Assembly (NCBI GenBank): GCA_964367785.1
Contig: CAYIZE010000001.1
Location: forward strand, 1-55,106
DNA: 55,106 bases
Origin: an uncultured Christensenella sp.
GTDB taxonomy: Bacteria > Bacillota > Clostridia > Christensenellales > UBA1242
Direction of reading: 5' to 3'
Made by a program: the position numbers and the translations under genes. The notes under the pieces were generated by a model. It was not told the origin of the DNA, did not search any database, and saw nothing but the letters and a program-made list of their open reading frames with translations. Shown here one piece after another: positions 1 through 8,884 of the stretch; positions within the stretch are counted from its first letter, which is position 1, and each line of letters begins with the position of its first letter.

Positions 1-3000
1 TCTTTATTGCCCACTCTTGTGAAAATCTTTTTAACTTCTTCAAGGCTTCCGCCACACCACACAATATCATCATGTTTGACGCTTTCATTTTCCAAAATTT
101 CTGTGTCAAAAACATCTTCATCAACTTCCAATTTTTCTTCATTATCTGTTGAAATCATACTTGCGTTAAATGTGAATTTATTAAATTCGTCCATATAATT
201 GTCAAGAGGATGACCTGAAAGGTATATTCCCATAACTTGCTTTTCAAACTTTAATTTTGTCTGTTTTGTGTATTCTTTTATGTCTGGAATTTCAATAAAA
301 CTTTTTTTCGTGCTTGCAAAGGCGTCGTCAAAAAGAGTTGTCTGCCCCGGCAACTTTGTTTTGTTATCTTTAGACACTGTGTCCATTACATTTTCATAAA
401 TACTCATCATCTGAGAGCGTCTTAAAGAAAAGCAATCACAAGCACCAGCCAAAATTAGGCTTTCAAGACACCTTTTGTTGAGACATTTCCCTTGAGTTCT
501 CTCCACAAAATCATAAAAATCGGTGTATTCCCCTTTCTCAGTTCTCTCTTTAACAATCTCGTTCACAACGGCAATACCCACATTTTTAAGAGCAGCCATT
601 CCAAAACGAATACAGTTTTTTTCCACACTAAAATACGTCTCACTTCTGTTGACATCTGGTGGCAAAACTTCGATATTATTTTGTCTTGCATAGACGATAT
701 ATTTTTTTATCTCGTCAATGATTGTAATTCTGTTATTTAAAACTGCCACTAAAAATTCAACGGGATAATAGCATTTTAGATAACCCGTTTGATAGGATAA
801 ATAGGCATACGCAGCAGCGTGAGATTTGTTGAAAGCATATTTGGCAAAGTCTTCCATATCGGCAAAAACTTTCCTTGCAACATCTTCACTCACTCCCTTT
901 TTCAAAGCCCCGTCAATGCTCTTTTGTCCTTTTGGGTCTTGCCAGCCATAGATAAATTTCACCTTTTCGGCTTCCATTTTATCCACTTTTTTCTTGCCCA
1001 TAATACGCCTGACCATATCGGCTTGTCCCAGCGAATAACCTGCCATTGCTTGCACAATCTGCATAACTTGCTCTTGATAGACAATAATTCCATATGTCGC
1101 TTCCAAAATAGGCTTCAAACATGGGTCGGCATATTTAATTTTCGCGGGATTGTGTTTATTTGCAACATAGTCGTCGATATATTTCATAGGTCCTGGGCGA
1201 TAGAGTGAAATTCCTGCGATGATATCTTCCAAACTGTCAGGGCGTAGCTTCTTCATAAAGCGTTTCATTCCGCCACCTTCAAGTTGAAAAATGGCGTCTG
1301 TGCTTCCTGAACCAATAAGTTTGAAAACTCCGATGTCATCATATTCCATTGCATAAAAGTCGATGTCTTTATTATGAATTTGTTTGATAAGTTTAAGTGT
1401 CTTGTCGATATCCGTCAGCGTCCTCAGTCCCAAAAAGTCCATTTTGAGAAGCCCTAAATCTTCAAGTTCAACCATGGAATATTGCGTTGCAATTTCGTCG
1501 CTATTCCTTGAAAGAGGAACAAAGGTATCAACGGGCTGAGGTGCAATCAAAACACCGCAAGCATGGGTTGAAGCCTGTCTTGGCATTCCCTCTAACTTGA
1601 TGCTCATATCAATGACTTTGCGGATTTTTTCATTCTCTTCATATACATTTCTCAAAGTTGGAATAATGAATTTATCGTTTTGTTTTTCTCCTGTCGTGCC
1701 AAAGTAATATTTTAAAACGGGAGGTTTGCTTATCCCGTCGGGAAGTTTTAGTGGAATTTCCTTACAAATTTTATCCACTTCAGACAGCGGAACATTAAGG
1801 ACTCTACTCACGTCTCTAATGGCATTTTTTGCGGCCATTGTGCCGAAAGTGCCGATGAAAGCAACATTTTCTTCGCCATATTTTCTTTTCACATATTCAA
1901 TGACTTCGTTGCGTCTGTTATAGCAAAAATCGACGTCAAAGTCAGGCATTGAAACTCTCTCACGGTGAATAAATCTTTCAAAAAGAAGATTATATTTAAT
2001 AGGGTCAACTCTTGTGATGCCCGTTGTGTAGGCGACAATGCTCCCTGCTCCACTTCCTCTGCCAGGTCCAACTGGAATATTTTGTTGTTTAGCGAAGTTT
2101 ATGTAGTCCCACACAACGAGAAAATATTCAACAAACCCTTGTTCATCAATAATGTTTAGTTCAAAATCTGCTCTTTCTTGAATTTCAGGAGTTATAACAG
2201 GATATCTTTCTTTCAATCCGTCAAAACATAATTTTTTCAAAAATTCAAAAGAAGTCATTCCTTTTGGAATATATTTTGGAATAAAGTTTTCATTATCTTT
2301 AAGTGTGCAACCCTCTGGCATACTGTCCTGCAAGTCTTTGTGACTCTTTGCCTTAATGGTGACTAAACACTTGTCCGCAATCTCTTGCGTGGTGTCAAGC
2401 GCTTCAGGATAGGCACCCAGCACTTCTTCCATCTCCTGCCTTGTCTTAACATAAAATTCGTCTGTGCCAAATTTCATTCTATTTGTGTCGTCAATAAGTC
2501 TGCCTGTCCCGATGCACAAAAGGACGTCCTGCATTTCAGCGTCTTCTCTGTTGATATAGTGGCAGTCATTTGTGGCGACTGTTTTCACTCCCAAATCTTT
2601 GGCAAGTTTACTCAGTGGCTCTAAGATTTCCATTTGCTCGGAAAGATGATGATTTTGCAGTTCTATGTAAAAATCGCCCTCATCAAACATATTTTTGAGT
2701 TTTTGTCCCAACTTATAAGCCTCGTCATACTGTCTATTCAGAAGCAGTTGAGGAATGTGCCCCGCCAAGCAAGCACTCAAGCAAATGATGCCTTTTGAGT
2801 GTTGTGAGAGAACATCATAATCTATTCGTGGCTTATAATAAAAACCCTCTCTGGACGCTATGGCACTGAGTTTTAAAAGATTACCATAACCCTCATTATT
2901 TTTTGCGAGAAGAATTATATGCCCCATATCGCTTTTGTCTTCTTTGCGAAGTCTGTCGTATGCAATATAAAACTCACAACCAATTATAGGCTTTATTTTG

Positions 3001-3173
3001 TTTCTATAGCATTCAGAAAAAAATTGCAAAGCACCCGCCATTGTGCCGTGGTCAGTGATAGCAACGGCATTTGCACCTTGTTCTTTAACTGTTTTTATCA
3101 ATTTTTTAATTCTTGCTGCACCGTCTAGCAAACTGTATTCTGTGTGAACGTGCAAGTGGACAAAATTCTTCAT
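1..3173 (-). CDS. dnaE: DNA polymerase III alpha subunit (DnaE-type); 3' end cut by the window edge
   Basis: Absent from the ORF track because there is no stop inside the window. The minus-strand ATG at 3173-3171 opens a frame that I translated by hand. It starts MKNFVHLHVHTEYSLLDGAARIKKLIKTVKEQGANAVAITDHGTMAGA (PHP-domain start typical of DnaE). It contains PVGPGRGSGAGS (about 2041-2075) and MPDFDVDFC (about 1921-1950). The frame is still open at nt 3. No competing in-frame minus ORF fragments are listed. The ATG overlaps the whiA TGA stop as ATGA. Confidence 0.9.
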   Translation of the reverse strand, partial: MKNFVHLHVHTEYSLLDGAARIKKLIKTVKEQGANAVAITDHGTMAGALQFFSECYRNKIKPIIGCEFYIAYDRLRKEDKSDMGHIILLAKNNEGYGNLLKLSAIASREGFYYKPRIDYDVLSQHSKGIICLSACLAGHIPQLLLNRQYDEAYKLGQKLKNMFDEGDFYIELQNHHLSEQMEILEPLSKLAKDLGVKTVATNDCHYINREDAEMQDVLLCIGTGRLIDDTNRMKFGTDEFYVKTRQEMEEVLGAYPEALDTTQEIADKCLVTIKAKSHKDLQDSMPEGCTLKDNENFIPKYIPKGMTSFEFLKKLCFDGLKERYPVITPEIQERADFELNIIDEQGFVEYFLVVWDYINFAKQQNIPVGPGRGSGAGSIVAYTTGITRVDPIKYNLLFERFIHRERVSMPDFDVDFCYNRRNEVIEYVKRKYGEENVAFIGTFGTMAAKNAIRDVSRVLNVPLSEVDKICKEIPLKLPDGISKPPVLKYYFGTTGEKQNDKFIIPTLRNVYEENEKIRKVIDMSIKLEGMPRQASTHACGVLIAPQPVDTFVPLSRNSDEIATQYSMVELEDLGLLKMDFLGLRTLTDIDKTLKLIKQIHNKDIDFYAMEYDDIGVFKLIGSGSTDAIFQLEGGGMKRFMKKLRPDSLEDIIAGISLYRPGPMKYIDDYVANKHNPAKIKYADPCLKPILEATYGIIVYQEQVMQIVQAMAGYSLGQADMVRRIMGKKKVDKMEAEKVKFIYGWQDPKGQKSIDGALKKGVSEDVARKVFADMEDFAKYAFNKSHAAAYAYLSYQTGYLKCYYPVEFLVAVLNNRITIIDEIKKYIVYARQNNIEVLPPDVNRSETYFSVEKNCIRFGMAALKNVGIAVVNEIVKERTEKGEYTDFYDFVERTQGKCLNKRCLESLILAGACDCFSLRRSQMMSIYENVMDTVSKDNKTKLPGQTTLFDDAFASTKKSFIEIPDIKEYTKQTKLKFEKQVMGIYLSGHPLDNYMDEFNKFTFNASMISTDNEEKLEVDEDVFDTEILENESVKHDDIVWCGGSLEEVKKIFTRVGNK

Positions 3174-4189
3174 AGATTACCCGTCTTTTTGGTTGAATTG
3201 GCTATTTTTTTAGACTTATTATCAATCCTCTCCGCAATTTTTATAAGTTTGTTGAGTTGATGATTAATTCCACTTTTAGTTATATGTGTTGAAATCATCT
3301 TTGTCAAGTTTTCGAGTGACTCATATGGATTTGATAATCTAATTAAACTCAATTCTTTCAGATTGTTTGGCAAGGCATCAAGCCCGATTGTCGACTTTAT
3401 CTTTTTAATCGCAACAACTTGTTTGAGTCCTGCTTGCACAGATTTTGTGATATTTGCATTAAGGCAATTATTTTGCCTGTTTATGTTGTTCCTCACTTCA
3501 CGCACCGTCATCTCGTTTTGAAGTTTGAGTAACCCACGAAAAGCCCCGACTATGGCAAATAGGTCGCTGACTTTGTCGGCTTCTTTAATGTAGAGAATGT
3601 AAAGGTTTTTCCGTTTACTCTTGCTATTTGTAATGTTCAGTGAAAAAAGAAGATTAGAAAATTCAATGGCAAAAATCTCGTTTGTAAAGATAAATTCCCA
3701 ATGATAGCCACAAAATGTTCTAAGTTTTTTTTCTTTATTATCGCCCAAAATTATGTTTGAAGTGGACGAGGAAGCAAATACGCCTTTCACATAAGTTTTG
3801 GCACAACACTCGTTCTCAATTATATGCTCGTCCAGTCCCAAAACTAACGATGAGGAGTTGTCCATATTATATTTAGCGAGTCCGCAATCAAACAAAATCC
3901 TGCTTGTCAGGTTTGCAGGAAGAGAGATGACATAACGCACGGCCTTATTGATGTTTGAATCAGTGTCAATTCGCATCTCTGCATATTCACCATAAAGGGT
4001 TTTAAGGCAATCATTCACTTTTGTGTAAACATTTTCGATATCTGTCCTAAGTTCCACTGTTTTAGTGTCACCATTTTTTGAAAGTTCACCACACGAATGA
4101 ATAACAGCCGACAAAAACGCCAATTTGCAACATTCATTTTCAATTGGTGCTTCTAAAACTTCATTTTTGACTTCGTGTGCAAAAGACAT
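3170..4189 (-). CDS. whiA: Sporulation/cell-division regulator WhiA family DNA-binding protein
   Basis: 339-aa ORF. The N-terminus MSFAHEVKNEVL matches the typical WhiA start (MSF..E.K.EL). A C-terminal helix-turn-helix-like segment is present (NANITKSVQAGLKQVVAIKKI). Size and Gram-positive context fit. Ends in TGA, overlapping the dnaE ATG. Confidence 0.8.
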   Translation of the reverse strand: MSFAHEVKNEVLEAPIENECCKLAFLSAVIHSCGELSKNGDTKTVELRTDIENVYTKVNDCLKTLYGEYAEMRIDTDSNINKAVRYVISLPANLTSRILFDCGLAKYNMDNSSSLVLGLDEHIIENECCAKTYVKGVFASSSTSNIILGDNKEKKLRTFCGYHWEFIFTNEIFAIEFSNLLFSLNITNSKSKRKNLYILYIKEADKVSDLFAIVGAFRGLLKLQNEMTVREVRNNINRQNNCLNANITKSVQAGLKQVVAIKKIKSTIGLDALPNNLKELSLIRLSNPYESLENLTKMISTHITKSGINHQLNKLIKIAERIDNKSKKIANSTKKTGNL

Positions 4190-4201
4190 TTTCTTTCCCC
4201 T

Positions 4202-5110
4202 TTATTCTAAAATTTCAATCTCTGTTTCTAGCATTATACCAAACTTTTCAAAAACTGTCTTTTTAATTTTGCAAATTAATTTTAAAACTTGGTGAAAAGT
4301 TGCTTTTCCATTTGCATTTATGATGAAGCCACAATGCTTTGATGAAATCTCGGCATTTTTATATTTTTCTCCTTTTAAACCACATATTTCAATCATCACA
4401 GGGGCATAATTTTCTTTTGGTTTTTTGAAAACACTGCCCGCATTTAGTGTCCCATAGGGCTGAGTTGCAATTCGTTTTGAAAATATTTTAGAACAAAGAT
4501 TGTCAATGTTTTCTGGCAAATCTTTTTTAAGTTTTAAGACAACTTTAAGGATTATGTAGTTATTTTTTGAAAAAAAACTATTTCTATAAGAAAAGCCCAG
4601 TGATTTCACATTTTTCCTAAATATTTTTTCTCCGTCGGTGTAGTAAACACATTGGACAACATCTTTCATTTCCCCGCCAAAACTTCCCGAATTCATCTTC
4701 ACCCCGCCACCCACAGTGCCAGGAATGCCATAACTCCACTCAAGCCCTGAAAGCCCATTTTTTATGGCAAAATGATTAAGACTAAACATATTTACGCCCG
4801 CACCACAAACGATATTTTCATTTTTCACACGAATGCTTTTAAGAGAAATTTTAAGCACCACTTTCTCAAAAGATTTATCGCTCACAAGCAAGTTACTCCC
4901 GTTTCCCAAAACAAAAAACTCCAACTTGTTCTTTTTACAAAGTGAAATAATTTTAAGAAGTTTAGTCACTTCTTTAATTTCAATAAACGCACGAATTTTT
5001 CCCCCAATTTTAATGGTGGTCAAATTTTTAAAAGTTTGGTTTTTGACAACCCTTACAGTTGGCAAAAAAGTCTTCATATCTTTAAAAAAGTTTTTAAAAG
5101 ATTTTTCCAT
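4202..5110 (-). CDS. murB: UDP-N-acetylenolpyruvoylglucosamine reductase
   Basis: 302 aa. Carries the FAD-binding and MurB motifs VLGNGSNLLVSD, GIPGTVGGGVKMNSGSFGGEM, FSYRNSFF and NAGSVFKKP. Confidence 0.9.
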   Translation of the reverse strand: MEKSFKNFFKDMKTFLPTVRVVKNQTFKNLTTIKIGGKIRAFIEIKEVTKLLKIISLCKKNKLEFFVLGNGSNLLVSDKSFEKVVLKISLKSIRVKNENIVCGAGVNMFSLNHFAIKNGLSGLEWSYGIPGTVGGGVKMNSGSFGGEMKDVVQCVYYTDGEKIFRKNVKSLGFSYRNSFFSKNNYIILKVVLKLKKDLPENIDNLCSKIFSKRIATQPYGTLNAGSVFKKPKENYAPVMIEICGLKGEKYKNAEISSKHCGFIINANGKATFHQVLKLICKIKKTVFEKFGIMLETEIEILE

Positions 5111-5141
5111 ATTCTTTTATATGCAAAAAAGATATTTTAGT

Positions 5142-6236
5142 TTAGTTTAAAATCAAATTTCCTTTTGAAATTGTCAAATTTTGTGCCATTTCTTCATAAG
5201 AAATAAACGCAGACACAGAAGTAAGTTCCTGTTTTAAAACATTTTCAAATTCCAGCATATACCCCTCATCATAAATATTATTTTTTAGAGTTGAAAAAAG
5301 TCCATAGTCCGAAAGATTTTTTTGAGCGTCTTTACTTGTCAAAAATGTTGCAAACTCTTTTGCATAAAGCGTTTTAACACTGTTCCCGCTGTCCACAACT
5401 GAAATATACTGCACAAGGTCGCTGTAACCTCCTAAAAAATTATATTCACACGCTCCCAATGTTCCAAGACTCTCTCTGTTTTTACACCTTGCCAAATCAC
5501 GCGCTGTTCCAAGAAGAGATTTTGTTTTTTTGCCTATAAAGTTTTTATAAGCGTCATATGAAGACGCCGTTTCAAGTAAATCATTTTCGCTTAAAGTTAT
5601 GCCATTTTGCACTAGAACTTCTGCTCCATTAAAACTGTTTGAAAGAGAAAGTCCTAAAATATTTTTTTTAGCGTCTGTTGTGACAAGTGAAGACAAGTTC
5701 TCACTTTCATTTGCATAATTTTCATATGAAATTAAAGAATAACCCGACAAAATGCAGGGATATGCAAGAAGTTTCCCGCTCTTTTTGCCATATTGCACAA
5801 GGTCGCTTCTTATTTGAGAATTATTTTCAAGTTCACTCAAAAAGCCCTGAATATAGTTCCCCACTCCCACTCCAAAAGAATAGAGGTCGGGCAGATTATT
5901 ATTCCTGATATTTAGTGCAAGTTGGTCTGGAGTGAGCGTTTTTATAACAACAAAACAATTATTGTATTTTTTGTTAAATTTCATTGCTTGTTGTTGAAGA
6001 TAATTTGTTCTGCTGTTTGTCCCGCCTTCAAAAGTTTCGACATTATAAAGGGTTAAGACAACTTTTGTGGAACTTTCCAAGTTAAAATATTCGTTCAATT
6101 TAAGTCGGTAATTCTCCTTGTTAAAAAGATAAAATGGAGAAATTGCAACAAAAATAACGCAGGAAAAACAAAAGAATAATTTTAAAAAATTTCTTTTCTT
6201 TATTGTTTTTATTTTTTTAAAAAAATTAAACCGCAT
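5142..6236 (-). CDS. Membrane-anchored solute-binding-protein-like protein, function unknown
   Basis: 364-aa ORF. It has a basic N-terminus followed by one hydrophobic helix (FLKLFFCFSCVIFVAISPFYLF). The remainder resembles extracellular solute-binding (PBP2-type) proteins by eye (LTLYNVETFEGG...PDLYSFG...FATFLTSKDAQKNL). There is no recognisable Shine-Dalgarno sequence, and the ATG sits inside a hairpin. Confidence 0.5.
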   Translation of the reverse strand: MRFNFFKKIKTIKKRNFLKLFFCFSCVIFVAISPFYLFNKENYRLKLNEYFNLESSTKVVLTLYNVETFEGGTNSRTNYLQQQAMKFNKKYNNCFVVIKTLTPDQLALNIRNNNLPDLYSFGVGVGNYIQGFLSELENNSQIRSDLVQYGKKSGKLLAYPCILSGYSLISYENYANESENLSSLVTTDAKKNILGLSLSNSFNGAEVLVQNGITLSENDLLETASSYDAYKNFIGKKTKSLLGTARDLARCKNRESLGTLGACEYNFLGGYSDLVQYISVVDSGNSVKTLYAKEFATFLTSKDAQKNLSDYGLFSTLKNNIYDEGYMLEFENVLKQELTSVSAFISYEEMAQNLTISKGNLILN

Positions 6237-6280
6237 AAATATTTATATGCGGTTCGTAGTTTTTTTTAGGACAAGTTAAG

Positions 6281-8095
6281 TTAATTTAATTCTTCAAGTT
6301 TTTTTATAATCTCGTTTGCAAGTTTTGGATTAATTCCACTAACGGAAATAAGGTCGTCAACCGATGCTTTTTTCATTCTCCTCACACTCTTAAAACGCTC
6401 AATAAGATTTTCTTTTTTCACCTTCCCGAGCCCTTCAATCTCGTCTAATAAACTAATCACTTGCTTTTTCTTTCTTAGTTTTTTGTGGAAAGTGATGGCG
6501 AAACGGTGTGCCTCATCTCTCACTTTTTGCAGAAGTTTTAGTTCGTCATCGTCCTTTGAAAGTTTCTTTGAAATAGAGTTGTCCTCCACAAAAATTTCCT
6601 CTTGCTTCTTGGCAAGACTTATGACATCAATGTCCCTATCAAAACTCTTAATAACTTCTCTGCAAGCATTTATTTGCCCCTTTCCGCCATCAATCAAGAT
6701 GAGATCTGGCGTGGAGGAAAAACTGATATCTTTGCTAGTTAATTTTTCAAGCCGTCTTGTAATACTTTCTCTCAAACTTTCAAAATCATTTGGCCCAACA
6801 ACTTCTTTTATTTTAAACTTTCTGTAATGTTTGCTCTCTTTAACTCCATTAACAAACACCACAATGCTACATACTGAACTTGTGCCGGAAATATTTGAAA
6901 TGTCATATCCCTCTATGCGAAATGGAACGTTTTTCAGTTCCAATTTTTCTTTTAAGCCGTTTAAAATGCTAATTTTTTTTCTTTTTCGCTTGCTTTCAAG
7001 TTCGCAATTTTTCTCCAAATATTCTTTTGCATTAGCATTTGCCTGCAAAACAAGTTTCTTATTCACTCCTGTTTTTGGGCTGATAACTTCCATTTTCTTG
7101 CCCAATTTGTTACTGAGAGATTTGAAAAGTGCGTCTTCAAAGTCAACTTCAATTGGAAGTAAAATCTTGTTTGGAAGCAGTGCATTAATTAAATAATATT
7201 GCGTCAAAAAGGATATTAACATTTGTTCATCGTCAATTTGAGCATTGTCAAAACTATAACTCTTTGCTCCCATCATCTTGCCTTGGCGAATGATCAGAAC
7301 TGTGAAAACATAGAACATATCGCTTTTTTCAAGCCCAAAAACATCAATATTATCAAAGTTTGCAAGAGCGGTGACTGTCTTTTCACGAAGTTTGAGGAGC
7401 ATATATTTTAAATCTCGAAGTTTTATAGCAAGTTCAAAATTTTGCGTCTCCACTGCTTTTTCCATTTTTTTGCAAATGATGTCATAGACAGCACTGTCTT
7501 TTCCGTTTAAAAAGTCATACACTTTTGGCAGAAGATTGTTATAATCTTCCTTAGTTATCTTGCACATACATGGAGCGGAGCAAAGCCCGAGCGAAAAATC
7601 CAAACAGCCTCTTCTCATTTTGTGGTCGTCTTTAATCTTTTTGTCGCAAGTCCTGATTGGATAAGCATAGTTCACTGCCCTGACAACATCGCTGACGTTA
7701 ATCCCGAAAAATGGCCCAAAATATTTTGCATTATCTTTTTTAATCTTCCTGACAACTTCCAATTTTGGAAAGTCTTCTCCTGTGTCAATTTTAATGTATG
7801 GATAAGATTTGCCATCTTTTAACAAAATGTTATAAAAAGGCAAATGTTTTTTGATTAAATTGCATTCAAGAATAAGAGCGTCCAGTTCGGAATTTGTGAG
7901 AATATAGTCAAAATCGGCAACCTGAGACACCATACTTTTTGTCTTTTCAGCCTGATTTTTGTTCAAAAAATATTGGCTAACTCTATTTTTAAGTCTTTTA
8001 GCCTTTCCGATATAGATTACATTGCCGAAAATATCTTTCATTATATAAACGCCCGGCGACAGTGGCAATTTATTTAATTTGTCTTTAATATCCAT
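6281..8095 (-). CDS. uvrC: Excinuclease ABC subunit C
   Basis: 604 aa. It has an N-terminal GIY-YIG block (GVYIMKDIFGNVIYIGKAKRLKNRVSQYF), a UvrC-type Cys-containing central region and a C-terminal (HhH)2-like tail (GLGKVKKENLIERFKSV...SGINPKLA). Confidence 0.95.
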   Translation of the reverse strand: MDIKDKLNKLPLSPGVYIMKDIFGNVIYIGKAKRLKNRVSQYFLNKNQAEKTKSMVSQVADFDYILTNSELDALILECNLIKKHLPFYNILLKDGKSYPYIKIDTGEDFPKLEVVRKIKKDNAKYFGPFFGINVSDVVRAVNYAYPIRTCDKKIKDDHKMRRGCLDFSLGLCSAPCMCKITKEDYNNLLPKVYDFLNGKDSAVYDIICKKMEKAVETQNFELAIKLRDLKYMLLKLREKTVTALANFDNIDVFGLEKSDMFYVFTVLIIRQGKMMGAKSYSFDNAQIDDEQMLISFLTQYYLINALLPNKILLPIEVDFEDALFKSLSNKLGKKMEVISPKTGVNKKLVLQANANAKEYLEKNCELESKRKRKKISILNGLKEKLELKNVPFRIEGYDISNISGTSSVCSIVVFVNGVKESKHYRKFKIKEVVGPNDFESLRESITRRLEKLTSKDISFSSTPDLILIDGGKGQINACREVIKSFDRDIDVISLAKKQEEIFVEDNSISKKLSKDDDELKLLQKVRDEAHRFAITFHKKLRKKKQVISLLDEIEGLGKVKKENLIERFKSVRRMKKASVDDLISVSGINPKLANEIIKKLEELN

Positions 8096-8162
8096 CTTAT
8101 TCCTTCAAGAATAGAATATCACAAATGAAATAAAAAACAAAAGTATTTTATTATTTTGTGAT

Positions 8163-8504
8163 TTACCCTAATATGTAGTCAACCCCGTCCGACATAATAC
8201 TTTGCACAAAATCATTACCCAGACTATACAAGATATATTTTCCACGCCGTTTTTGAGCAACCGCATTAAAATTTTTCAAAAAACGAAGTTGGTGGCTAAT
8301 TGTCGTTTGATTTATCGAAAGATATGTTGACAAATCATTGACACACATTTCACTTAGCGCCAGTGCTGATAAGATTTTTAGGCGTGTGGAATCTGCAAAC
8401 AAACTAAAAATGTCGGCAAGTTGTCGCAAAGTGCCACTTTCGGGCATATAATACTCCAAGTTTGATAAAGTTTTATTATCAATCGCTACATAATCCTGTT
8501 TCAT
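8163..8504 (-). CDS. ArsR/SmtB-family winged-helix transcriptional regulator
   Basis: The core FADSTRLKILSALALSEMCVNDLSTYLSINQTTISHQLRFLKNFNAVAQKRRGKYILYSL is the canonical ArsR/SmtB HTH. I place the start at the ATG 8504-8502 (MKQDY...), which has AAGGAA 8 nt upstream. The track's longer version begins at a TTG (8552) with no RBS. Confidence 0.85.
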   Translation of the reverse strand: MKQDYVAIDNKTLSNLEYYMPESGTLRQLADIFSLFADSTRLKILSALALSEMCVNDLSTYLSINQTTISHQLRFLKNFNAVAQKRRGKYILYSLGNDFVQSIMSDGVDYILG

Positions 8505-8523
8505 TATTTGTTCCTTTTCATAA

Positions 8524-8552
8524 ATTATAAAACAAAAAAGTCGCAAAGACAA
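8524..8552 (-). promoter_or_regulatory. Candidate promoter of the ArsR-family gene (TTGTCT-17-TATAAT)
   Basis: On the minus strand, TTGTCT (8552-8547) is followed by a 17-nt spacer and TATAAT (8529-8524), about 20 nt upstream of the ATG at 8504. Confidence 0.35.
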
Positions 8553-8622
8553 AATGAGATTTTGGCAGAAAATAGATTATAAAACTTTATAAAATAATTT
8601 TTTAGAACAAAAAGGGGAAAAT

Positions 8623-8805
8623 ATGGACACGACATATCTCATACTTGTGCTTTTAATCTCTATTTTCACATCTGCCACAAACACCGACCTTAACACAAAC
8701 ACAAATTTCTTGCTTTTACTCTTACTCTCTCTTATGGGGACATCTTCAAACAATAATTGTTGCAATAGAAATAATTGTTGTTGTGGTGGCAATCGTGTGT
8801 TCTAA
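8623..8805 (+). CDS. Hypothetical 60-aa membrane peptide with a C-terminal cysteine cluster
   Basis: This is the only plus-strand ORF with expression signals. GGGGA lies 6 nt upstream of the ATG at 8623, and a hairpin follows the TAA. Sequence: MDTTYLILVLLISIFTSATNTDLNTNTNFLLLLLLSLMGTSSNNNCCNRNNCCCGGNRVF. It has two hydrophobic stretches and then a CC-x5-CCCGG tail. It is divergent from the ArsR-family gene. It is short and low-complexity, so coding status is uncertain. Confidence 0.45.
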   Translation: MDTTYLILVLLISIFTSATNTDLNTNTNFLLLLLLSLMGTSSNNNCCNRNNCCCGGNRVF

Positions 8806-8831
8806 AGAAAAAAACCTCTTAAAGAGGCTTT
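8803..8831 (-). terminator. Intrinsic terminator downstream of trpS (possibly bidirectional)
   Basis: On the minus strand, AAAGCCTCT-tta-AGAGGTTTT (core CCTCT/AGAGG at 8815-8827) is followed by a run of T (complement of the A-run 8805-8814). On the plus strand the same hairpin follows the small ORF's stop, but with a weaker T-tract. Confidence 0.5.
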
Positions 8832-8884
8832 AATTTACAAAATTAACTATTTATAATTTAAAAATTATATGTAGAATATAATTA

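Noticed and set aside
3170-3173. TGA at the end of whiA raised the question of an alternative genetic code (TGA = Trp or Gly), given the AT-rich genome and giant ORFs.
   Set aside because: The TGA sits in a classic ATGA stop/start overlap with dnaE. Conserved Trp positions (e.g. in EF-Tu and RpoB) are TGG, and all core genes have normal lengths under the standard code.
8096-8162. 8-nt inverted repeat ATCACAAA...TTTGTGAT separated by 29 nt between the ArsR-family gene and uvrC.
   Set aside because: The loop is long and AT-rich, there is no clear T-tract or promoter relationship, and it is plausibly chance in this composition.
8577-8792. 71-aa minus-strand ORF (MPPQQQLFLLQQ...) overlapping the Cys-cluster peptide ORF.
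   Set aside because: It starts at a TTG with no RBS and is the antisense of the plus-strand ORF. The plus-strand ORF is the one with an RBS and a downstream hairpin.
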